Shown: one piece after another, positions 9,591 to 19,747 of the stretch
Position numbering within the stretch: the stretch's first letter is position 1
Layout: each line of letters begins with the position of its first letter
Assembly (NCBI GenBank): GCA_951812855.1
Contig: OX638337.1
Location: 210,001-242,000, forward strand
Length of the DNA: 32,000 nucleotides
Direction: 5' to 3'
Source of the DNA: an uncultured Lentisphaeria bacterium
GTDB lineage: Bacteria > Verrucomicrobiota > Lentisphaeria > JABSQK01 > JAJFLO01
The notes under the pieces: model-generated
The model's input: only the letters and a program-made list of their open reading frames with translations
Databases searched by the model: none
What the model was told of the DNA's origin: nothing
Program-made: the position numbers and the translations under genes

Positions 9591-9799
9591 TTAAGTTGGC
9601 TTGAACCTTAATTTAATAACTGCCAATATTTGAAATAAATCGTCCAACGCCCCGATAATCAATGATATTCCCGTGCCGAATACTAATCCTTTCTGTTCAT
9701 GAGAGAAATAGTTCAAACCAGGCATGGGGATAAGAAATCCCGCAAAAATTGCGATGCCTCCCATACGAGGTACAGGTGTTGCATGAATTTTTTGATGAT
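9591..9799 (-). pseudogene. Glycosyltransferase family 4 (WecA/MraY-type phospho-sugar transferase) internal fragment
   Basis: ..HQKIHATPVPRMGGIAIFAGFLI....GTGISLIIGALDDLFQI..KL matches roughly residues 40-110 of WecA/TagO-type enzymes of about 330-360 aa. It has no N- or C-terminal parts. The ORF-track start (9836) lies inside the tRNA-Ala gene. Confidence 0.6.
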
Positions 9800-9876
9800 T
9801 GGTGGAGCATGTCGGACTTGAACCGACGCCCCCCACACTGCCAGTGTGGTGCTCTGGCCAACTGAGCTAATGCCCC
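9800..9876 (-). tRNA. tRNA-Ala (anticodon GGC), CCA encoded
   Basis: Hand-folded cloverleaf: GGGGCAT/ATGCTCC acceptor stem with the Ala-identity G3:U70 pair, GCTC/GAGC D-stem, CCACA-CTGGCAG-TGTGG anticodon arm, GTCGG-TTCAAGT-CCGAC T-arm, A73, CCA. Confidence 0.9.
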
Positions 9877-10238
9877 AAACTGCCGACGCTAACGATATTA
9901 GGTTGATTAAGGAAATTCAAGTATAATTTCTCGTGTAATTTCCTTTTTAATGACAATTACTCCAGGTATGCTGAACGAATCTGGCTTTTCGATTTGCAAT
10001 AATGATTATTCAGAATCAGTTAATAGATCTTTATTGAGCCGACAATAACGATTTTATATTGCTCAGTTTATAGCAAAAAGTTAAATTGATTCTTGTTAAT
10101 ATACGTGTTATCTGCAATTCAGAAAATATTCCATCCTGCTAAACACATTAACATTATGACAGGATATAACAGGGATCGTAAATATCGATATATATTACGT
10201 GAAAAAATAAGTTACTTTAATTCAGAGGATTTAATTAA

Positions 10239-12041
<1,803 letters not shown>

Positions 12042-12141
12042 GAACCAGAGGAAGTTGGTGTGCCACACTATTTTTACGGCTGTCATTTATAATCCATTTC
12101 TTAACGTTTAACGAATAAATAATCCGTTTTATAAAACGAAT

Positions 12142-13479
12142 ATGAATAAATCAGACGAAGTTCTCAACAAATTGAAAGTCATCATTGATCCGGATCTTGG
12201 AAAAGATATCGTAACACTTGGATTTATTAAAAACCTCACCATCACTAAAGGCATCGTTTCGTTTGATCTGGAATTAACAACACCCGCCTGCCCGGTCAAA
12301 GAACAATTCAGAGCCGATTGTAAAAGGGTGATCTCAGAGCTGTCATGGGTAAAGGACGTATTACTGACACTGACAAGTTCCAAACGATCATCAGCACTGA
12401 ACCGAACTGGGAAAGGCCTTGAAAATGTAAAGAATATCGTTGCTGTAGCCAGCTGCAAGGGTGGGGTCGGCAAATCGACTACAGCAGTTAATATTGCCTG
12501 CTCTCTATCAAAAAAAGGTGCTTCTGTCGGTATTTTTGATGCCGATATTTACGGACCCAGTCTGGCCACATTAGTCGATGCTCCGTTCAACGGTTTATTC
12601 CAACAGAATGACCTCATTATTCCGGTAGAATATCATGATATGAAACTGATGAGTTTTGCCTATGCCAGTGCGAATGCAGGCGGAGGACCCGCAATATTAA
12701 GAGGACCAATGGTGACTCAAATTATTAATCAATTACTGACCGGTACAAAATGGGGAGAATTAGATTATTTAATAATTGATATGCCTCCGGGAACAGGAGA
12801 TATTCAACTGACACTATCTCAATTAATCCCTGTAACAGCGGCAGTTATTATCACAACACCACAACATTTGAGTTTCATTGACGTCAAAAAGGGGATTCAA
12901 ATGTTTGACCAAATGAAAATTCCAACCATTGCAGTGTTTGAAAACATGAGTTACTTTGTTTGTAATTCGTGTAGTGAAAAACATGAAATTTTCGGCAGTG
13001 GATCACGAAAAAAATTAGTTGAACAATTTGGGATTAAGAATTCATTTTCAATGCCTCTTGATGAAGAAATCTCTGCCTTCAGTGATTCCGGGACCCCGTT
13101 AATTATAGCCAGGCCGGATAGCAATTCTGCCAAAGAATATAATCACTTTACAGATTCTGTTGTCAGGGAAATCAGTAAAATAAATTTTGCAAATTTACCG
13201 AAACCTGAGGTTAGTTTCAATGATGGAACCCTTTACTACAAATCTGAAAATGGTGATGGAAACGTAATAAATCCTGCAAATTTAAGGCGTCACTGTCGGT
13301 GTGCTCAGTGTATCAATGAAATTACAGGCGAACAAATTTTAAACCATGATGATGTAGATGATTCAATCATTCCAAATGAAATAAAGCCAATGGGAAATTA
13401 TGCTGTATCCATATATTGGAGTGATGGCCATTCATCAATATTTCCGTATGCAATGCTTAACGAACTCATAACATTATAA
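12142..13479 (+). CDS. Mrp/ApbC/NBP35-family Fe-S cluster carrier ATPase with N-terminal DUF59 and C-terminal DUF971 domains (HCF101-like architecture)
   Basis: N-terminal DUF59-like segment (IIDPDLGKDIVTLGFI). Deviant Walker A (ASCKGGVGKST). DMPPGTGD. CxxC (CNSC). C-terminal DUF971-type segment (LRRHCRCAQCINEITGEQIL...YAVSIYWSDGHSSIFPY). Confidence 0.88.
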   Translation: MNKSDEVLNKLKVIIDPDLGKDIVTLGFIKNLTITKGIVSFDLELTTPACPVKEQFRADCKRVISELSWVKDVLLTLTSSKRSSALNRTGKGLENVKNIVAVASCKGGVGKSTTAVNIACSLSKKGASVGIFDADIYGPSLATLVDAPFNGLFQQNDLIIPVEYHDMKLMSFAYASANAGGGPAILRGPMVTQIINQLLTGTKWGELDYLIIDMPPGTGDIQLTLSQLIPVTAAVIITTPQHLSFIDVKKGIQMFDQMKIPTIAVFENMSYFVCNSCSEKHEIFGSGSRKKLVEQFGIKNSFSMPLDEEISAFSDSGTPLIIARPDSNSAKEYNHFTDSVVREISKINFANLPKPEVSFNDGTLYYKSENGDGNVINPANLRRHCRCAQCINEITGEQILNHDDVDDSIIPNEIKPMGNYAVSIYWSDGHSSIFPYAMLNELITL

Positions 13480-13526
13480 ACGTATCAACCCCGGCTGTGG
13501 GTAAAATTAAAAAAAGGAAAATCTAA

Positions 13527-13946
13527 ATGTACCCTGAAGAAATTATAGCACCAATGCGCAAAGAAGTTGTCGACATTGGATTCACCGAATTAAAATCTGC
13601 AGCCGATGTGGATAAGGCCTTGAACGAAACCAAAGGAACAAGTTTGGTTTTTGTTAATTCAGTATGTGGATGTGCTGCCGGAATGGCAAGGCCGGGAATC
13701 GCATTGGCATTGAATAAAGCAAAAATTAAGCCGGATAGATTATATACAGTATTTGCCGGGAATGATGCTGAAGCAACATCAGCAGCAAGAGGATACTTTC
13801 ATGGGTATCCTCCATCTTCCCCGTGTCTGGGATTGCTGAAAGATGGAAAACTTGCGGCAATAATTCAACGATATGACATTGAAGGTCATACCGCAGACCA
13901 GGTTGCAGACCAACTTGTCGAAGCCTTTGATAAAAATTGTGTATAA
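13527..13946 (+). CDS. Bacilliredoxin BrxA/BrxB family (YphP/YqiW, DUF1094)
   Basis: 139 aa, colinear with B. subtilis YphP as I recall it: PMRKE....GF.EL....V......GT.LV.VNSVCGCAAG.ARP ... TVFAG.D.EAT ... PSSP...LLK.G ... IEGH ... F...C. It includes the CGC redox motif. Confidence 0.8.
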   Translation: MYPEEIIAPMRKEVVDIGFTELKSAADVDKALNETKGTSLVFVNSVCGCAAGMARPGIALALNKAKIKPDRLYTVFAGNDAEATSAARGYFHGYPPSSPCLGLLKDGKLAAIIQRYDIEGHTADQVADQLVEAFDKNCV

Positions 13947-13986
13947 TCAATTTTAAGAATGAATCTGTAAATTTAAGGAGAGAATT

Positions 13987-14292
13987 GTGGCAGTTACAAA
14001 ACTTAACAGTGGTAACTTTGATGAGCGTACGAAAACAGGAACCGTTTTAATTGATTTTTGGGCAGAATGGTGCGGCCCATGTCGTGCACTGAATCCATTG
14101 CTTGAAGAAATTGATAACGAAATGGGGGATAAAGTTACAATTGCAAAAGTAAATGTCGATGAAGAGTCTGAACTTGCTCAAAAATTTGGTGTGATGAGTA
14201 TTCCGGCACTCTTCATCTTGAAAGATGGTGAAACAGTAAATCAATTTGTCGGTGTCCAAACCAAACAAGTACTGGTCGATGCATTGAACTAA
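13987..14292 (+). CDS. trxA: Thioredoxin
   Basis: 101 aa with a WCGPC active site and the typical Trx length and fold motifs. GTG start preceded by AAGGAG. Confidence 0.9.
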   Translation: MAVTKLNSGNFDERTKTGTVLIDFWAEWCGPCRALNPLLEEIDNEMGDKVTIAKVNVDEESELAQKFGVMSIPALFILKDGETVNQFVGVQTKQVLVDALN

Positions 14293-14399
14293 ATCTATAC
14301 TGCAGAATTTCTATCTGTCTGCTTTTCCGAAATAAAAATTGATTAACATCGTTATGTACTTGTGTTTTGACTTCCTTCGAATTGATATCAGGACAGAGG

Positions 14400-15191
14400 T
14401 TAAATAAAAACGAGGATTAAAGTGCATAGAGAAAGTGCAAGGCAATAGTAACCGAAATAAGAAAATTTCTTTGCTTTCAGTAAATGCAACAGCAGTTTCA
14501 ATGCTACAAAGCCTACAATAAATGAAACTGTTAACCCAATAAAAGTTAATGGAATTGATATTGATACGGATTCTGCAGCACGAGAATATTCCTTTATTAA
14601 GTCTAACGTTTCTAATAAGACTGCACCAAAGATTGCAGGAATAGCCAGGTAAAAAGAAAATCGAGCCGCTGCTTCATTAGTAAATCCCAGTCGAGTGCCA
14701 ATTGATATTGTTGTACCACTGCGGGACACTCCTGGTAAAATCGCAACACATTGCAATACCCCGATTATCAGTGCATGAGACCAAGTCATTTCATCGAGGG
14801 ATTTCTTCTGGTTAATGGGATTGTGGACCACAAGAAGCATGACTGCGGTTATCGCCAGACAAAAGCTGACCAATAAGAGGGAAGAAAAATAGTTTTCTAA
14901 AATGGGTTTTATAACAAGGCCCACAGCAATCAGAGGCAATGTCCCAATGGCTACAAATAAAATAATATTTAATTGCCTGCGTTTAACTATCTCTAACAAA
15001 TCCTTAGCGTAATAGACCAGAATAGAACATAACGTTCCTGCATGCAGTACAATTGCATAATAAAGATTATCCTCTTTAAAACCAAGAACATGTTGTGAAA
15101 TCACAAGATGGCCTGAAGAGCTGATCGGCAGGAATTCAGTTATGCCCTGAACAATGGACAATATTACAATTTTAAAGATTTCGGTAACCAT
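14400..15191 (-). CDS. uppP: Undecaprenyl-diphosphate phosphatase UppP (BacA)
   Basis: 263 aa polytopic membrane protein with the QGITEFLPISSSGHL and PGVSRSGTTI motifs characteristic of BacA/UppP. Confidence 0.9.
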   Translation of the reverse strand: MVTEIFKIVILSIVQGITEFLPISSSGHLVISQHVLGFKEDNLYYAIVLHAGTLCSILVYYAKDLLEIVKRRQLNIILFVAIGTLPLIAVGLVIKPILENYFSSLLLVSFCLAITAVMLLVVHNPINQKKSLDEMTWSHALIIGVLQCVAILPGVSRSGTTISIGTRLGFTNEAAARFSFYLAIPAIFGAVLLETLDLIKEYSRAAESVSISIPLTFIGLTVSFIVGFVALKLLLHLLKAKKFSYFGYYCLALSLCTLILVFI

Positions 15192-15197
15192 TAGATA

Positions 15198-16220
15198 CTA
15201 TCTATTTTCATACATTTCCGAATAATAATTTTTATATTCTCCGGACGTTATGTTATCGACCCAGTTTTTATTATTATAATACCAACTTAATGTCTTAACT
15301 ATTCCGCTGTCAAAATCTATCGTGGGCTTCCAACCCAGGGTATTTCTAATTTTAGATGAATCAATTGCATAACGTCGATCATGACCAGATCGATCTTTAA
15401 CAAACTCGATTAACGATTCCGGTTTACTAAGATAAGATAAAATAATATTTATAATATCCAGATTCGTCTTTTCACAATCTGCCCCGACATTATAGACATT
15501 GCCCGGCTCTCCCATGGTATAGGCAAACCAGATTGCACGGCAATGATCATGTACATGAATCCAGTCCCGCACATTTTTACCATCCCCATATACAGGTAAA
15601 TTTTTGTTTGTCCTTGCGTTATTAAACATCAAAGGTATTAGTTTTTCCGGGAATTGATGACGACCATAGTTGTTTGAACATCGTGTAATAACTGTCTCCA
15701 AGCCATAGGTGTGCTGATACGCCTGAACAAAAAAATCTGCGGATGCTTTACTGACACTATACGGAGAATTCGGTTTAATGGGAGAATTTTCAGAAAACGT
15801 CCCTTCGGCACCCAGCGATCCGTACACCTCATCCGTCGATACTTGTAAAAAACGCTTCGTCTCATTGGCAACCGCTTGCTGCAGTAAGACCAGAGTACCC
15901 ATTATATTTGTATCAACGAATATTCCAGGCCTGGTAATTGAGCGATCAACATGTGATTCTGCTGCAAAATTAATAATACCCTCAACACTGTTTTCGGATA
16001 GAATTTTTGAAACAAGTGTTTCATCACAAATATCACCCCGAATAAACTGATACTGAGATTCATCCATAACATCTTCTAAATTTTCTAAATTCCCTGCGTA
16101 GGTTAAACTATCAAGATTAATCACCTTATATCCCGGCTGCTCTTCAATTACCATGGCGATAAAGTTACTGCCGATAAATCCACAGCCGCCCGTTACTAAA
16201 ATTGTTTTTTCAGTATTCAT
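15198..16220 (-). CDS. rfbB: dTDP-glucose 4,6-dehydratase
   Basis: TGGCGFIGSNF Rossmann motif, STDEVYG, YSVSKA (YxxxK), and the C-terminal RmlB-like region. Overlaps the rfbD stop by 4 nt. Confidence 0.9.
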   Translation of the reverse strand: MNTEKTILVTGGCGFIGSNFIAMVIEEQPGYKVINLDSLTYAGNLENLEDVMDESQYQFIRGDICDETLVSKILSENSVEGIINFAAESHVDRSITRPGIFVDTNIMGTLVLLQQAVANETKRFLQVSTDEVYGSLGAEGTFSENSPIKPNSPYSVSKASADFFVQAYQHTYGLETVITRCSNNYGRHQFPEKLIPLMFNNARTNKNLPVYGDGKNVRDWIHVHDHCRAIWFAYTMGEPGNVYNVGADCEKTNLDIINIILSYLSKPESLIEFVKDRSGHDRRYAIDSSKIRNTLGWKPTIDFDSGIVKTLSWYYNNKNWVDNITSGEYKNYYSEMYENR

Positions 16221-17062
16221 TTCATTTCCTTTAAAAAATCACCCAGAGTTGAATCCCAATCTGTCCGAAATTCGGGAAAGAGAGAATCGATTTTATTACA
16301 ATTAAATTTAGAGTTTAATGGTCGTTTTGCCGGTGCTGGACTGTAATCGGATGCACACGGAATTAACGTGGTTTTTAAATTCAAATTGTCAATGATAAAT
16401 TGTGCGATTTCATACCGTGTTGCATATCCCTTTGCAGCGAATAGATACAATCCCTCTGCTTGATTTTCCACGAGTTTACAAATAAGCCTGGCAGCCTCAG
16501 CAGTTGCAGTTGGTGAACCATGTTGATCATTTACAATAGTAAGACTGTCCCGAGTCTTCGTCCGATCCAGTATTTTATTTATAAAGCCTGTACCATTATG
16601 ACCATATGTCCATTCCAGTCTTAAAATACAATGCCTGCAACCACTGTTGATAAGTAATGTTTCGCCTTTAAGTTTACTCTTGCCATACACATTTAGTGGA
16701 TTAGTATCATCTGATTCGATATAAACCCCGTTCTTTCTGCCATCATAAACAAAATCTGTACTTAAATGAATCAAATACTTATTCAACTTTTTTACGATCT
16801 TTCCTAATTCTCCAACAGCAACAGCGTTAACTGCATCTGCTGTCAATTGATTTGATTCCGCACCATCTACATTTGTATAGGCAGCACAATTAATAATTAT
16901 TTCAACATTAGATACTGCATCAATTAAGTGATCGTGATTGGTAATATCAAACATCGGCCGACTAAATCCTATAACATTATGCCGGCATTTCTGTAAAGTA
17001 CGAATAACATCAAACCCAAGCATCCCGTTAGAACCCAAAACTGCAATATTGTGTTTAGTCAT
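16217..17062 (-). CDS. rfbD: dTDP-4-dehydrorhamnose reductase
   Basis: 281 aa with GSNGMLG, AAYTNVDGAE, STDFVYDG and YGKSKL motifs typical of RmlD. Confidence 0.85.
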   Translation of the reverse strand: MTKHNIAVLGSNGMLGFDVIRTLQKCRHNVIGFSRPMFDITNHDHLIDAVSNVEIIINCAAYTNVDGAESNQLTADAVNAVAVGELGKIVKKLNKYLIHLSTDFVYDGRKNGVYIESDDTNPLNVYGKSKLKGETLLINSGCRHCILRLEWTYGHNGTGFINKILDRTKTRDSLTIVNDQHGSPTATAEAARLICKLVENQAEGLYLFAAKGYATRYEIAQFIIDNLNLKTTLIPCASDYSPAPAKRPLNSKFNCNKIDSLFPEFRTDWDSTLGDFLKEMK

Positions 17063-17289
17063 ATGAGTTATAAAAATTAAAAATTCAATATAGCAGTTTT
17101 ATTTCTCTGTCAGCATTCGATCCTCAACGGACACACGAAGTGTCACTAATTTCAATTGAGGGCATGAATCCTGATTGCAGCGATTTTCAGATATATTCTG
17201 CACGATTATATTCCTGAAATCTTGTTTAGCTTCTGTATCATTGTTTAGATATCACCTATTTTCCGGGATCACAGTATCGTCTATTGTTT

Positions 17290-17705
17290 CAGTTTTCTCG
17301 CCGTTTTTGGTAATGTGCTGTACCCTAACTGGTTTTTAATGGGAATGGAAGCTATGAAACCCATGGCTGTCAGTAATTTAAAATCCCTTATCAATACGCA
17401 AAATATAAATAAGAATCAGTAATAATGAAACAGAAAATCCCCTGCATCGCTATGGAATATATAGATGGCCGAAGTTGAAGAGATCTGCTATCAAGCCGGG
17501 GCTATTCAGCGATCAATCTTGTTCAAAAAATTAATATTTTAAAGCAAGCTGCAGTGTAGCAGGTCTGGGTGCGATTCATAAACAAAATGCTTTACACCGG
17601 AATGTAAAACCAGCGAATATGTGTTACTTGATTAAGAATTTAAATCGTAAATCAACCGACTTTGGAATTGCTTTTACCCGTGTAAAAGGTAAAAGGCTGT
17701 GGTAA
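17290..17705 (+). pseudogene. Hanks-type Ser/Thr protein kinase remnant, N-lobe to DFG motif (stops, frameshift, HRD changed to HRN)
   Basis: Own translation: ..NLKSLINTQNI.. (resembles L..L.HPNI), then KIPCIAMEYIDGRS* (TGA), RDLL..., ILKQAAV* (TAG). A frameshift follows, then GLGAIHKQNALHRNVKPANMCYLIKNLNRKSTDFGIAF. This is subdomains V-VII of a eukaryotic-like kinase. Confidence 0.7.
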
Positions 17706-17709
17706 TGAC

Positions 17710-17991
17710 TTACTTCTCCGAGTCCTCAGCCGGTTCGGAACGCTTAGGAACAGTAATAGTATCCTCTTTGGCTGCAATGACTTTCGGTTCTTCATTACCC
17801 CCGCTGTTTTCAGTCCTGGAGATGTCATGCAGCGTATTTTCTGTCATGTGCTTAATCCTGGAATATCCTCTTTGAATTTCCGCATAAAAATTACCTGAAT
17901 TTTTAAAAAATTTCGGCAAATCTTTCGGTTTTACAAAAATAATTACAGCAATAATTACTAATACAATTTCTCCAAATCCGGGACTTGGCAT
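17710..17991 (-). CDS. TatA/TatB-family twin-arginine translocase subunit-like protein
   Basis: MPSPGFGEIVLVIIAVIIFVKPKDLPKFFKNSG is an N-terminal TM helix followed by an amphipathic helix of the Tat A/B type. I place the start at the ATG at 17991, preceded by GAGGG, rather than the GTG at 18003 used by the ORF track. Confidence 0.6.
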   Translation of the reverse strand: MPSPGFGEIVLVIIAVIIFVKPKDLPKFFKNSGNFYAEIQRGYSRIKHMTENTLHDISRTENSGGNEEPKVIAAKEDTITVPKRSEPAEDSEK

Positions 17992-18266
17992 AAATACCCT
18001 CACAATCTAAGTTAAATGCAGCAGGCAATATAATACGATTATTCCCGATTGAAAAACCAATACCAGTGTAGAATATTGCATCGACAAAAAAATTTGTTTA
18101 AGAAATCAGTGTCACGGTGAGATGGTTTGATTGAGTAAAATCTCAATCTCACTGATCGAATATTTTAGGGACACTATTAAAGTAATTAGTGGTTTTGCAT
18201 TAACCAATTATTCTTTTTATTTCCAATTCATTACATTTTACTCAGATTTTTTTAGTCTCAATCGCT

Positions 18267-18343
18267 GCCTCGGTAGCTCAGCTGGATAGAGCAATAGCCT
18301 TCTAAGCTATGGGTCACAGGTTCGAATCCTGTCCGGGGTACCA
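18267..18343 (+). tRNA. tRNA-Arg (anticodon TCT), CCA encoded
   Basis: Hand-folded: GCCTCGG/CCGGGGT acceptor stem, GCTC..GAGC D-arm, ATAGC-CTTCTAA-GCTAT anticodon arm, ACAGG-TTCGAAT-CCTGT T-arm, A73, CCA. Confidence 0.9.
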
Positions 18344-18422
18344 AATTCACTTTATCAAACATTTAATGATTTTCAGCCAATCGCCACCCCTTCATAAAAT
18401 CATATGAATTAATTACAGTCAT

Positions 18423-18499
18423 GCGCCCGTAGCTCAGCTGGATAGAGTGTCTCCCTCCGAAGGAGAAGGTCCCGCGTTCGAATCGCGGCGGGCGTACCA
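18423..18499 (+). tRNA. tRNA-Arg (anticodon CCG), CCA encoded
   Basis: Hand-folded: GCGCCCG/CGGGCGT acceptor stem, GCTC..GAGT D-arm, TCTCC-CTCCGAA-GGAGA anticodon arm, CCGCG-TTCGAAT-CGCGG T-arm, A73, CCA. Confidence 0.9.
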
Positions 18500-18552
18500 T
18501 TAAAATAATCTCATTGAACTATAATTAGTATAAATCGATATGATAAAAAGCA

Positions 18553-19497
18553 TTGTTCATGAACTGTCGAAAATTAGGAAAAACAGAATTAAACATCTCT
18601 GAAATCGGTTTTGGTTCGTGGGGTATTGGAGGATTTCCATTCTGGAATTCTGATGGTGATAAAAAATCGATTCGGTCAATAGAAAAAGCCATTGATCTGG
18701 GTATCAATTTTTTCGATACGGCACCGGTTTACGGATTTGGGCATTCTGAAGAATTGCTGGGCAAGACATTAAAACCGGTCAGAGATAAGGTTATCATCGC
18801 AACAAAATGCGGTTTGACATGGAATAAACGAAAAATTTCTGCTATCACCAGGAATTGTACCAGGAAATCTATTCTAAAGGAAATAGATCAGAGTTTAAGC
18901 CGATTAAAAACTGACAGGATTGATTTGTATCAGGTACACTGGCCGGATGTCAAAACACCACAGGAAGAAACAATGACGGCCTTGATGGAACTGCAGCAAA
19001 AAGGGAAAATACGATATTTTGGAGTGAGTAATTATTCACTGGAACAATTAAAAGCCGGCTTAAAAATCGCATGCATCGAATCAATACAAGTCCCGTATAA
19101 TCTTCTGAACCGATCGATCGAAAAGGATATACTGCCTTTCTGCAAGAGTAACAATATCAGTGTTATTGCTTATAGTCCGCTGGCATCGGGAGTTTTAACG
19201 GGTAAATATAATAAAGAAACTAAGTTTACAGATTGGAGAAGCAAAAGCATTCCAGGGGATTTCAGCGGTGAAAAATATGAAATTAATATTGATAAAGTCG
19301 ACCAATTAAAAAAACTCGCCTTTAGTTTAAATGACAATACCACCCGGACAGCGATCAAATGGACATTAAATGATTCATCAATAGCCAGTACTTTGGTCGG
19401 CGTCAAAAACGATGCACAACTCAAGGAGAATTTAAAGGGTATCGATCAAAGGCTGCAGGGGCATCTCATCAGCAAGCTAAATCGGATATTCTTATGA
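18553..19497 (+). CDS. Aldo/keto reductase family oxidoreductase
   Basis: R.LGKTELNISEIGFGSWGIGG, FDTAPVYG.G.SEELLG, LYQVHWPD and GVSNY motifs. The true start may be the second or third Met (18559). Confidence 0.88.
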   Translation: MFMNCRKLGKTELNISEIGFGSWGIGGFPFWNSDGDKKSIRSIEKAIDLGINFFDTAPVYGFGHSEELLGKTLKPVRDKVIIATKCGLTWNKRKISAITRNCTRKSILKEIDQSLSRLKTDRIDLYQVHWPDVKTPQEETMTALMELQQKGKIRYFGVSNYSLEQLKAGLKIACIESIQVPYNLLNRSIEKDILPFCKSNNISVIAYSPLASGVLTGKYNKETKFTDWRSKSIPGDFSGEKYEINIDKVDQLKKLAFSLNDNTTRTAIKWTLNDSSIASTLVGVKNDAQLKENLKGIDQRLQGHLISKLNRIFL

Positions 19498-19540
19498 CAT
19501 CACATATAATCAGGTTAATCTATTACATCATTCTCTTGTC

Positions 19541-19717
19541 ATGAAGTTTATCAGCATTTCCGAATCCGGTGGATTTATAAGAATTCTTATAGGCGGGAGT
19601 TGGTATCATTCGGCAAAAGGATGCGGTTCAGCACATAGAGACGGTGTTGATCCATCCAGCACGGATAAGGATTTTGGTTTTCGCATCGTCTTAGCTCCAG
19701 ACTATACTGACAAATGA
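19541..19717 (+). pseudogene. FGE-sulfatase (SUMF1/formylglycine-generating-enzyme-like) domain, C-terminal tail only
   Basis: The 58-codon frame ..RILIGGSWYHSAKGCGSAHRDGVDPSSTDKDFGFRIVLAP.. matches the conserved end of FGE-sulfatase domains (R..RGGSW......R.A.R....P......GFR...). The rest of the domain, about 200 aa, is absent. Confidence 0.55.
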
Positions 19718-19747
19718 TTTTTGGAAAATAATAAATAAATTGACCCC

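Noticed and set aside
9591-9836. 81-aa ORF from the track taken as an intact gene
   Set aside because: Its first 12 codons lie inside the tRNA-Ala gene. Only the remainder resembles a protein, and that is an internal GT4 fragment. It is annotated as a pseudogene fragment instead.
18108-18155. Imperfect nested inverted repeats (GTGAGA..TTGAG-taaaat-CTCAA-TCTCAC) between tatA and the tRNA-Arg genes as a possible small RNA or operator
   Set aside because: The stems are short and AT-rich with a 7-nt bulge. There is no flanking promoter or terminator signature and no second copy. This is within what chance gives in AT-rich DNA.
19541-19717. Linking the FGE-sulfatase tail to the split kinase as one ancestral kinase-FGE fusion gene
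   Set aside because: Such fusions exist. However, its strand and position do not become contiguous with either kinase half under the simple inversion model, so there is no support from the sequence.
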